64,000 nucleotides of DNA, from NCBI GenBank assembly GCA_002633005.1, contig NMRA01000008.1, forward strand, positions 2,029,942 through 2,093,941, read 5' to 3'. This DNA comes from Phoronis australis. Taxonomy: Eukaryota > Animalia > Phoronida. The translations under genes were made by a program, and so were the position numbers. How positions within the stretch are numbered: the first letter of the stretch is position 1; each line of letters starts with the position of its first letter. Of this stretch, positions 55,701-64,000 are shown piece after piece. A model generated the notes under the pieces. That model did no database searches. It saw only the letters and a list, made by a program, of their open reading frames with translations, and was not told where the DNA came from.

Positions 55701-58700
55701 CATGGCTCAGTATCAGTTTTTGTGCTTCCACATTGTTTCCCACCAAATTGAGGCGCTGGATTGGTACAAGTTCGTGTTCTCGTCCGTTCTCCTTTACCAC
55801 AGGTTCCAGAACATTCCGACCAAGTACCCCAAAGCGACCACTTGCCGTGAACTGGACAATTTTTTATTGAATTTGCACAAATTTCTTGATCTGAACTTTG
55901 ACCATGACACTGTTTGCCACCATTTTCAGGAGCAGGATCTGTGCATGTCCGTGTTCTTGTCCGTTTCCCATTACCACATGTTCCTGAACACTCAGACCAG
56001 GCTCCCCAAGGCGTCCACTTGCCATTTATAGGGCATTTTCCAATTGAATTCACACACTCTTCTTTATCGGATCTAAGCCCTACACAATACTTTCCACCGT
56101 GTTTAGGAGCAGGATTCGTACACGCCCGAGTTCTTGTCCTTTCCCCGTCACCACACGTTCCCGAACACTCGGACCAGGTGCCCCAAGAAGCCCATTTACC
56201 ATTTACTGGACAGTCTCGCACTGAATTCACACAATTTTCTCTGTCTAATCCCGAGCCTTCGCATTGTTTCCCACCGTGATCAGGAGAAGGATTTGTACAT
56301 GTCCGTGATCTCGTCCTCTTTCCGTCACCACAAGTTCCGGAACATTCAGACCAGCTTCCCCAAAGTGACCATTTGCCATGGATTGGACATTTTTCAACTG
56401 TGTTCACACATTTTTCTTTATCAGAAGTCGGACCTTGGCACTGTTTCCCACCGTGTGCAGGAGAAGGATTTGTACACGTCCGTTTTCTCGTCCGTTCCCC
56501 GTCACCACATGTTCCTGAACACTCAGACCAGCCACCCCAAAGCGACCATTTGCCATTGACTGGACAATTTTCCATTGAATTCACACATGGCTCTGTGTCA
56601 GTATTTGTGCTTCCACATTGTTTCCCACCAAATTGAGGCGCTGGATTGGTACAAGTTCGTGTTCTCGTCCGTTCCCCTTCACCACACGTTCCTGAGCAGT
56701 CCGACCAAACACCCCAATTTGTCCATTTGCCATCTACAGGACAGTTCTTCATTGAATTGACACACTTTTCGTGATCTGAACTGGGACCTTGACATTGTTT
56801 TCCACCGTGTACGGGAGCAGGATTTGTGCACGATCGCGTTCTCGTTCGTTCCCCAACACCACATGTTCCTGAACACTCGGACCAAGTACCCCAAAATGAC
56901 CATTGGCCATGGATTGGACATTTCCCAATTGTATTCACACACGTTTCTTTGTCAGAACTGGTGCCTTGGCACTGTTTACCACCGTGCTCTGGCGTAGGAT
57001 TTGTGCACGTCCGTTTTCTCGTCCGTTCACCATCACCACACGTTCCTGAACAATCGGACCAGGCACCCCAAAGCGACCATTTCCCATTGACTGGACAATT
57101 TTCCACTGAATTCACACAAGGCTCTGTCTCAGTACTTGCGCTTCCACAATGTTTCCCGCCAAACTTAGGTGCTGGATTGGTGCACGTTCGTGTTCGCCTT
57201 CTTTCTCCTTCTCCGCAGGTCCCAGAACACTCCGACCAAGTACCCCAAAGCGACCATTTCCCATTGACTGGACAATTTTCCACTGAATTCACACAAGGCT
57301 CTGTCTCAGAACTTGCGCTTCCACATTTTTTCCCGCCAAATTTAGGAGCTGGATTGGTGCACGTTCGTGTTCGCCTTCTTTCCCCTTCTCCGCAGGTCCC
57401 AGAACACTCCGACCAAGTACCCCAAAGTGACCATTTGCCATTGACTGGACAATTTTCCACTGGATTCACACAAGGCTCTGTCTCTGTACTTGTGCTTCCG
57501 CATTGTTTCCCGCCAAACTGAGGTGCTGGATTGGTGCACGTTCGTGTTCGTTTTCTTTCTCCTTCTCCGCAGGTCCCAGAGCACTCCGACCAAGTACCCC
57601 AAAGCGACCATTTCCCATTGACTGGGCAATTTTCCACTGGATTCACACAAGGCTCTGTCTCTGTACTTGCGCTTCCACACTGTTTCCCGCCAAACTGAGG
57701 TGCTGGATTGGTGCACGTTCGTGTTCGCCTTCTTTCTCCTTCTCCGCAGGTCCCAGAACACTCCGACCAAGTACTCCAAAGCGACCATTTGCCATCTATT
57801 GGGCACTTTTCTCGTGCATTTACACAAGGCTCTGATTCACTGGGGTAGCCTTGACATTCTTTTCCGCCATTGCTTGGAGATGGATTAGTGCACGTTCGTG
57901 TTCGTTTTCTGTTGCCTTCGCCGCATGTTCCTGAGCACTCTGACCACTGGGTCCACGCTGACCATACACCGTCAACAGGACACTTCACAGAATTCGTACA
58001 AACCTTTACCTCACTTGGGGATCCTTCACAACTTTTACCTCCATTGGCTGGAGTAGGATTCGAGCACTTTCTTGTTCTGGATTGTTGTCCCAGACCGCAA
58101 CTTCCAGAACATTTCCCCCAATCACTCCAAAGCGACCAGCCTCCATTCACTGGACACGCCTTTTCGAAGCATTTGCTGCAAACAGAAAAATTTGTACTTG
58201 AAAAACATATAGGCTACTGTAACGTCGACTGTTCACTAAACTGTACGTTACCTATCCACAACTACACTAAGTTTGTTGCCTATTTGTATGGATTAGTTAT
58301 TTACAGAATGTCTAAGAAAAATAAACTTACGTGGTTTCGACGGAATTTCCACTGCAATCAAGACCACCATTTGACGGAGCGGGATTGTTACACTTTCGAG
58401 TCCGAGTACGCGCACCGTTGCCACACGTTTTAGTGCATTTCCCATATTCACTCCAGCTGCTCCATGAACCATCAACCGGCACTTGTGGACCTGGAAGGGA
58501 AACCGTCATGTTTTTATTAGAAATCTACGACAGCCTTCTGTCACTTTAGTCTCTTGTCAAATTGATTTAGACTACTTACCGTTATGAAATTGGTTTCAGT
58601 TCTTGCTTAGACTATCAATAATTTGAATGAACTGACGGCGTAGCTTTACTTGAGACCAAACTCAAGAAGTTTGGGGTTGACGGGAAAAAAGTCATTGCTT

Positions 58701-60232
58701 TGTTGAATTCCCTCATCTGTGTTATAGTCACAATCGATTCTACTTTCTTCATGCTATGGCTTTCGTCAGGTTTCTTGATACACAGTGAAAGTAAGTGGTT
58801 TTGTTGAACTGTAGTGATTTTATCGAAATCATTCACTCGTTCTAGCTGTTATCTTTGCTCATTAGTGGCTGGAAGGAAGTTGGTTCTGTTACACAGCATT
58901 GTGGGTAAAGATTGTAGAATAACTTAAAACGGCGCTGTGGTGTTCTGGGAAGTGATTGGGTTCCACATCCCGAATTCAATTCTATACTTTTGCGGTCGAA
59001 AGAAAACGCAATGTATAATTAGCCTACTTTTTGTAAGGTATGGCCGATAACACGCACTTTCGGAACCGAATAGTAGAAGTTCAGAAAGATCTATCAGCTT
59101 TTCCGTTATCAATGTCTGCAGTGCAACTCACTATGCAACAGTATCACTTCATTGGCATCCAAATGACCAAAGCAAACTATTCACAATGCAAAATGGTGAT
59201 TAGTACAACTGCAGTGTGCCCTACGGACGCACGGCATTGGGTAACCACTCGCGTAGAATCAGCGGTATTCCGGTGGGAAGTGTTGTGTTTGTAAAATCAG
59301 TGAGTGAAACCAGTGCGCCGAATTGGTAGAGCACAGGGCTTTGACGGAGACATTACTGTTACACTTGTAAAGAATAGTATCGAATGCTTACAACGCGTTG
59401 ATCTTTGATTTCTGTTATTACAAAATTGCCGTTATTCAAAATTGTTTTGATATTTTATAGAATGCTTAATCAAAAGACAATAAAAATTCTGGCATGTGGA
59501 TATTATTCCCGGTCAACTTACTGCTACACGTGATGCCGTTTCCTGTGTAACCTTGGTTACATATACATTTACGAGTTCCCTGTTCAACTGTACATCGGGC
59601 ATGTGCCGAGCATTTGTGTGTCTGCGCTGTTGGATCAGATGAGGGCGTCTTGCACGTGTACTGTAGTGTACAGGCGTCATTCAGCCATGTTTCACCCAGC
59701 TGAAATGATAATAACGCGTTCATGCACCTACTCATGCGGTGTACTTAGGAGAAGAAAGCTATTATTACTAACATTTAGCCTGGTACAAAAGATCTCAAGT
59801 AGCTTACCGTCAGCGAGACAATGCTCATTGTCCCCAGCTGGTCCCAGCAGAGACGTGGCTTATCCCAATACCGACCGTTATGCACAGATGGCGTTTCAGC
59901 AAATTACGCCTCGCTCTGGCTATGTAATTCATGTTGCTATAAGTACCTTTCGAACATACGGACACCTTTGAAGGATGTCGTTGATGTTTTCAAATCCTTC
60001 CCCAGCAAACAGTTTCATTCCGGCAAGTTATTCGCGAACGAAATCGTCAGCGAGCCATTTTTTCAGAAGTCCTTTTACTCCACAAATCTTTAATGAAAAA
60101 TGGCTACGCTTACGATTTCGTTAGTGTGAAAAGAACCTTAAGATATGTGACCTTGATGGTTAGCCAAGTGCGTGTGCGTGTGCATGTGTGTGTGTGTGTT
60201 TGTGTGTGTGTGCGTGTGTGAGAGAGAGGGTG

Positions 60233-60263
<31 letters not shown>

Positions 60264-63262
60264 TTGCGCGCGCACGTGCGTACTTCGAGGCCATTGGCCC
60301 ATAGTACAGCAAATCGATATGCGAAGATATAGTCCCAAGAAAATCCTCTGATGAACGTATCCAGTAACATATCCATCAGAGGAGAAATACAAGACAGTAA
60401 TTTATCAGTGATTAAAAGAATTTGCANNNNNNNNNNNNNNNNNNNNNNNNNNNNNNNNNNNNNNNNNNNNNNNNNACAGCAATGGGTTTATGTCAAGACT
60501 GAATTAGCAACAGAGATGTAATGTGATAAGCTGTTACATATTTCTTAAGACATTTTCGGGACTGGGTGAGGAACTCAAGACGTAAAGCTTAATAATTTGC
60601 CAAGTGTATCAAAGAAATGGCATAAGAATATTTATTGAAACTAAAAAATGAATAACAGTTACAGAACACTCAAAATTCCACGTTATAGACATACTCTTGT
60701 AGTTGTAGCGACAGCAGACGATAATGTAGGCCTAGTTCTTGGGGTGGTCTATTCCAATAGGAAGCGATGAATCAGCGCGGCTTTGCGTGATTTTGCATTT
60801 CACATCATAAAGAGTTCCATAGCAACTCGAGTATGAGTGTCAGATTTGAGTACGTTTGGAGTCTACTCGAAATCCGACATTAGATACGCTTTTTTGAGTA
60901 CGACTCCAGTGAGCACGATTTTGAGTATGAAATCTCGAGTATGAGTATGAGTCTGAGTACGGAGATTGGAGACCGGGCCCAGGTTGGTGCAGAAATCTTC
61001 CCAGACTTACCGGGTATGTTCATTAGGTCACATGATATGGCCACAGGTGGCGTGCTGACCAGACTTAAAAATGTTTGCGATATACATTTCCACTGCGGTT
61101 TAAGAATTACGTATTTATATGCTAACAGTGACTTATAAAACCCAATGAACAGGGTGTTTTTTAAATATTTTTTAAATTGTTTAAACCTGTGTAACACGTG
61201 TCGCTACGATAAAACAAAATCCATTCATTCATCCATTCCTTCATTCGTTCATTCATTGTATAGAAAGTTTGTTTATCTTAAACACGGCAAAGTGGGGACA
61301 CGCATGCATGCATGCGCATGTGACTCTGCATGTACACTGAATTAGTTTATCGACGTATATTCCGTTTTTCATGTCTATCATGAACGTTTGTCTTTTGATC
61401 ACGACACCCTGCCGTAACCTGAACCCAACACTCAGGCGCTGACCTGTCACACACTCGCCACGTATTGTCTCCCGGGCGACTTAGTCAATTACTGTTGATT
61501 TGCTTGTCTTAGTCCAATACACGTGCAGTGGTACAGCCGCGCACACACGCAGTTCACAGAGTCTGCTTGAGTTGATTGTCTGGCACTTCGTTTGCTTATA
61601 CTGCTGTGCGTGAACTTGGAATCCTGCTTAATCTCAAGATTAAGCGGAAGTGAGTGTTTGTGAACTTGGGTAAAAAGGGGAAATTTTTTGTTCGGTGAAA
61701 AGAATTTTTGTAATTATTTGCCTCGCGATCAACTATTTTCTCCTTTACCGTAACTTGTGTCGCTGAACCGGAGGAATATGTGAATGGCCAAATTTCTTAT
61801 TGTTTGGTGAAACTGATCGCCCGTAGTTGAAAAGGTTGTTAAAATTGACATTATTTTATTCAAATATAACTTGATTTAGTGCAGTGCAATTTTTCATGAA
61901 CATGAACATGTTTATTTGAGTGAACTTGTCAAGTTGCCTCGCGTATTCCAAATTCACGCAACACTCACTTCCGCTTAATCTTGAGATTAAGCAGGATTCC
62001 AAGTTCACGTACAGCAATACAACCTGGTTTTCAGAGGTTCCGTGTCTTTCAGTATGCACTTCCCAAAGCATATCGTAGGAGTAAATCTTTAAAGTGCTTA
62101 AAACGACCGTCTACCTTGTTTTCACTGACAAGTAACTACATTCTTGTCAGCTTCATAAAACCTCTCTTTATAGCACTGCAAACGTGATTTCAATATCCCA
62201 AAAACGAAAAATCAGAAGAAAAGCGACTTCAGTTAAAGGTTTTTAAGCTCCACGGACATGAGTGCAACGTATGAGCGTATCTAGCGTCAGTGTATGCCCA
62301 CCAACACGCGAGTTTCGTGCAATAATTTGTGCCATATCCGCGCTTCTCCGTCTGATGTCCCACGGGAAAGTGAAAAGAGCCATCGTGGTCAAATACTGAC
62401 CATGTGATATGTTTCAACCAATAAATGCTCGTAACTCGAGACCAGCTTATTAACATATCGTCAGATAGTGTTTGCAGGGGTTCTAAATTGACAGCTAATG
62501 GACTCCTGGTGTTGGTTTTGATGTTTTTTGTTATGAAATTGATGATTTAAGTTTGAGGACAGCTAACTGTCAAAGCATGGCAAGTGGTGTTCAGATCATT
62601 TAGCAAGTGACGAGCTTTGACTTCAACGGAAATGCAAAATCTTTATGAACGAACCGTAAAAATAACTGGTGAAGAATTTGCTTCTGTTTCAGTGGCAGAG
62701 AACCACTTTGAACAAGGCAATTTAGTTTGTTTTTCGCGTTCCATGTCTCTTTATAGATGACCCCGCAGCGTCATTTTTGAAATCCAATGTTTTGGCTCAT
62801 ATTTGGGGGGCGGGTGTTTCCTAATGCTGCGAGTTAGTGTTCTTATTATACTTCATAAAACCGTGGGCCGAATGGAGTCGATTGGTTGCTTCAGTGCCAA
62901 GGTACAGCTCCGCAACTTTGGATGGACGTAATTAGCGGTTCGTGAGACTTGAAAAAAGAGACGCATACTTACGACATTTAGTTACGGTTCTCCATCCCTT
63001 GCCGGGATACCCAGCTTCTTTACATTTTTTTGCAAATTCTTCCAAACTGCCACACGCAGCCTTCTTAGCCTCTGGCAAGTTGTGTTCTAAAGCACACACG
63101 TCATATTTACAGTTCTCGAAATATTCACTAAATTTCACTGAGTTCATGCACTCTTGGAAGGGACCACTTGGGTTACTTGTTGCACCACAATATTCGTTCG
63201 TGAATATGGCCGTACGCAAAGCCCCGGAGCACGATGGGATTTTCGTTCTGGGTGCTTGACAT
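40688..63262 (-). CDS. Giant extracellular multidomain protein: C8 - TILa/EGF-like - 56x TSP1 - 3x CBM14-like - LamG/ConA-like (Pif-like C-terminus); 5' incomplete
   Basis: 13 exons totalling 11,534 nt. All joins from 59699 to the stop are GT-AG and phase-consistent once the single N at 46791 is removed. Only the C8-to-EGF join (phase 1 vs 0) needs a missing exon. Confidence 0.85.
41338..41510. mobile_element. Palindromic element whose two arms are Penelope-type hammerhead-like motifs
   Basis: ~60-bp inverted arms. Right arm CAGAGGA-T-GATATT-tgatt-AATGTC-GAAAC-GTCG; left arm (- strand) CTGAGGA-T-G...AATATC-GAAAC-ATCG. Confidence 0.55.
41622..41804 (-). CDS. Exon: LamG/ConA-like domain part 3
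   Basis: [20 protein letters not shown]...[20 protein letters not shown]; ctttAG / GTAAGT; 183 nt, phase 0-0. Confidence 0.92.
42027..42133 (-). CDS. Exon: LamG/ConA-like domain part 2
   Basis: [36 protein letters not shown]; ctcaacAG / GTTCGT; 107 nt, phase 1-0. Confidence 0.8.
43257..43496 (-). CDS. Exon: LamG/ConA-like domain part 1
   Basis: [52 protein letters not shown]...SVSFWYK...GLLANGDC; ttccAG / GTGAGT; 240 nt, phase 1-1. Confidence 0.9.
43844..44011 (-). CDS. Exon: third, degenerate CBM14-like module
   Basis: [21 protein letters not shown]...[16 protein letters not shown]; gtgtAG / GTAAGT; 168 nt, phase 1-1. Confidence 0.83.
44219..44425 (-). CDS. Exon: second CBM14-like module + Thr-rich linker
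   Basis: [10 protein letters not shown]...[41 protein letters not shown]; ttgcAG / GTAAAT; 207 nt, phase 1-1. Confidence 0.87.
44750..45034 (-). mobile_element. Partial inverted copy of the 16367-16773 MITE
   Basis: Ends in aaagatttgaccccgggccct; internal blocks match by eye. Confidence 0.6.
45165..45374 (-). CDS. Exon: chitin-binding type-2 (CBM14/peritrophin-A) domain, Pif-like
   Basis: [55 protein letters not shown]; gttttAG / GTATGT; 210 nt, phase 1-1. Confidence 0.88.
45667..45851 (-). CDS. Exon: TSP1 repeat 56 (this frame is absent from the ORF track)
   Basis: [61 protein letters not shown]; ctttcAG / GTAAGC; 185 nt, phase 2-1. Confidence 0.9.
45950..46089. mobile_element. 140-bp foldback element
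   Basis: aatcctacactcgtct...atgatatgggcaaaactt / aagttttgcccaggtcat...agacgagtgtaggatt. Confidence 0.7.
46721..46869 (-). CDS. Exon: TSP1 repeat 55 (contains a spurious single N at 46791)
   Basis: [48 protein letters not shown] once the N is removed; tttctAG / GTATGG; phase 1-2. Confidence 0.85.
47760..48472. mobile_element. 713-bp non-autonomous foldback DNA transposon with long imperfect TIRs and a CACGAT duplication
   Basis: tatggaaacccacagcggaaaaaatccaggacac... / ...gtgtcctggaatttttccgcttggttttccata; complementarity extends >140 bp; cacgat at 47754-47759 and 48473-48478. Confidence 0.8.
48793..58175 (-). CDS. Giant 9,383-nt exon encoding 53 tandem TSP1 repeats
   Basis: Open frame of 3127 full codons; ~59-aa unit CP(I/V)xGxWSxWxxWSxCSGTCGxGxRxRxRxCTNPxPxxGGKxCxG; tttgcAG acceptor at 58176-58177, GTAAGT donor below 48793; phase 2-1; units counted by hand. 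Confidence 0.95.
58331..58490 (-). CDS. Exon: first TSP1 repeat
   Basis: [44 protein letters not shown]; ttccAG / GTAAGT; 160 nt, phase 1-2. Confidence 0.92.
59522..59699 (-). CDS. Exon: TILa-like + EGF-like module
   Basis: [16 protein letters not shown]...[29 protein letters not shown]; tttcAG / GTAAGT; 178 nt, phase 0-1. Confidence 0.88.
60168..60262. repeat. (TG)n microsatellite (a smaller one at ~18862-18912)
   Basis: Imperfect TG dinucleotide run. Confidence 0.95.
60427..60475. other. Assembly gap (49 N)
   Basis: Run of N. Confidence 1.
61602..62016. mobile_element. 415-bp MITE with ~65-bp TIRs and an ATAC duplication
   Basis: tgctgtgcgtgaacttggaatcctgcttaatctcaagattaagcggaagtgagtgtt / aacactcacttccgcttaatcttgagattaagcaggattccaagttcacgtacagca; atac on both flanks. 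Confidence 0.8.
62973..63262 (-). CDS. Exon: C8 domain (VWD-associated; mucin/FCGBP/zonadhesin type)
   Basis: [33 protein letters not shown]...[16 protein letters not shown]...WRTVTKC; ttttccAG / GTAAGT; 290 nt, phase 2-1. Confidence 0.9.
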
Positions 63263-63562
63263 CTGGAAAAAAAAACAATTGTTTGTTTTCTTGGCCATTG
63301 TACAAAATGGAGCGTGTCCCTACTACAAGAAAAGCTAGTGTAGGCCAACTTGTATAGGGCTGCGATTAAAACCAGCATCATACATCTAAAAAAAATCTTA
63401 TTTTTATTCAGGCTAGTTCCCGTCGTTAGAACACTGATTTCAACTTTCTTTTTTAGACTCGGAATACGACTTGAAAGGATTTGACGGTTCCTTATTGCAT
63501 GTGACCATACTCTGTGTGTAAAATTATTCCCAGGTTAAAGGTCAGACCACCAAAGGTGTGAG

Positions 63563-63996
63563 GTTAAAGGCGAAGGCAACCTTTTTCCAAGCCATTTTGA
63601 GCTAAAATAAGGTTGGTTGGTTGGTTATCCTAGACATATTTTATTAATTACTCGTCCGCTACTGCGGAAGTGACGTTTTAGGAGGCAAGCATTTCGCGCC
63701 AATTTCTTTTCATATAGTCTTGACTGTGAGAGCTGCCGAGTCAGTCGTTGCTCTACCTCGGTTGTGTTAAAGGCGAAGGCAACCTTTTTCCATGTCATTT
63801 TGAGCTAAAATAAGGTTGGTTGATTATCCTAGACATATTTTCCACTTAATTACAGCTTTTCGTAATTTTATTAATTACTCGTCCGCTACTCCGGAAGTGA
63901 CGTTTTAGGAGGCAAGCATTTCGCGCCAATTTCTTTTCATATAGTCTGACTGTGAGAGCTGCCGAGTCAGTCATTGTTCTACCTCGGTTGTGTTAA
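63563..63996. repeat. Tandem duplication of a ~205-230-bp unit
   Basis: gttaaaggcgaaggcaacctttttcc...ctctacctcggttgtgttaa occurs twice, differing mainly by indels. Confidence 0.88.
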
Positions 63997-64000
63997 GTTC

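Noticed and set aside
48707-58549. Dozens of + strand and off-frame ORFs (e.g. [19 protein letters not shown] repeats)
   Set aside because: Antisense or frame shadows of the repetitive TSP1 exons; no independent coding evidence.
58615-58836. 73-aa - strand ORF in the intron before the first TSP1 exon
   Set aside because: No recognisable domain, bounded by stops, no phase-compatible splice sites; the flanking exons already join in phase.
59800-60095. Possible decayed LINE reverse-transcriptase fragment or the missing TIL exon
   Set aside because: Only a vague similarity ([12 protein letters not shown]), interrupted by stops, and no TIL cysteine pattern.
60110-60392. His/Thr-rich ORFs (HTHTHT)
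   Set aside because: Translation of the (TG)n microsatellite.

Overview
Eukaryotic, AT-rich invertebrate genomic DNA, probably lophotrochozoan judging by a Pif-type CBM14+LamG module. It holds two convergent, intron-rich genes that I assembled by hand from GT-AG sites and codon phases. (1) + strand, ~3.2-38 kb: an NDRG-family alpha/beta-hydrolase-fold gene (C. elegans ZK1073.1-like branch) with 13 phase-consistent coding exons (366 codons + stop), a probable 11-nt ATG exon, and candidate frame-preserving cassette exons in a 10.6-kb intron. (2) - strand, 40688 to >63262 (5' end outside the window): a giant predicted extracellular protein, ~3,840 aa visible, with the order C8 - [TIL exon not found, probably in the N-gap] - TILa/EGF-like - 56 TSP1 repeats - three CBM14-like modules - LamG/ConA-like domain. 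53 of the TSP1 repeats lie in one 9,383-nt exon with 177-nt periodicity and 708/2124-nt higher-order duplications. Introns carry MITEs, minisatellites, a tRNA-SINE head and degenerate Penelope-type hammerhead motifs. Nearly all short ORFs in the supplied track are noise or antisense shadows. No database searches were run; family calls come from motif recognition.
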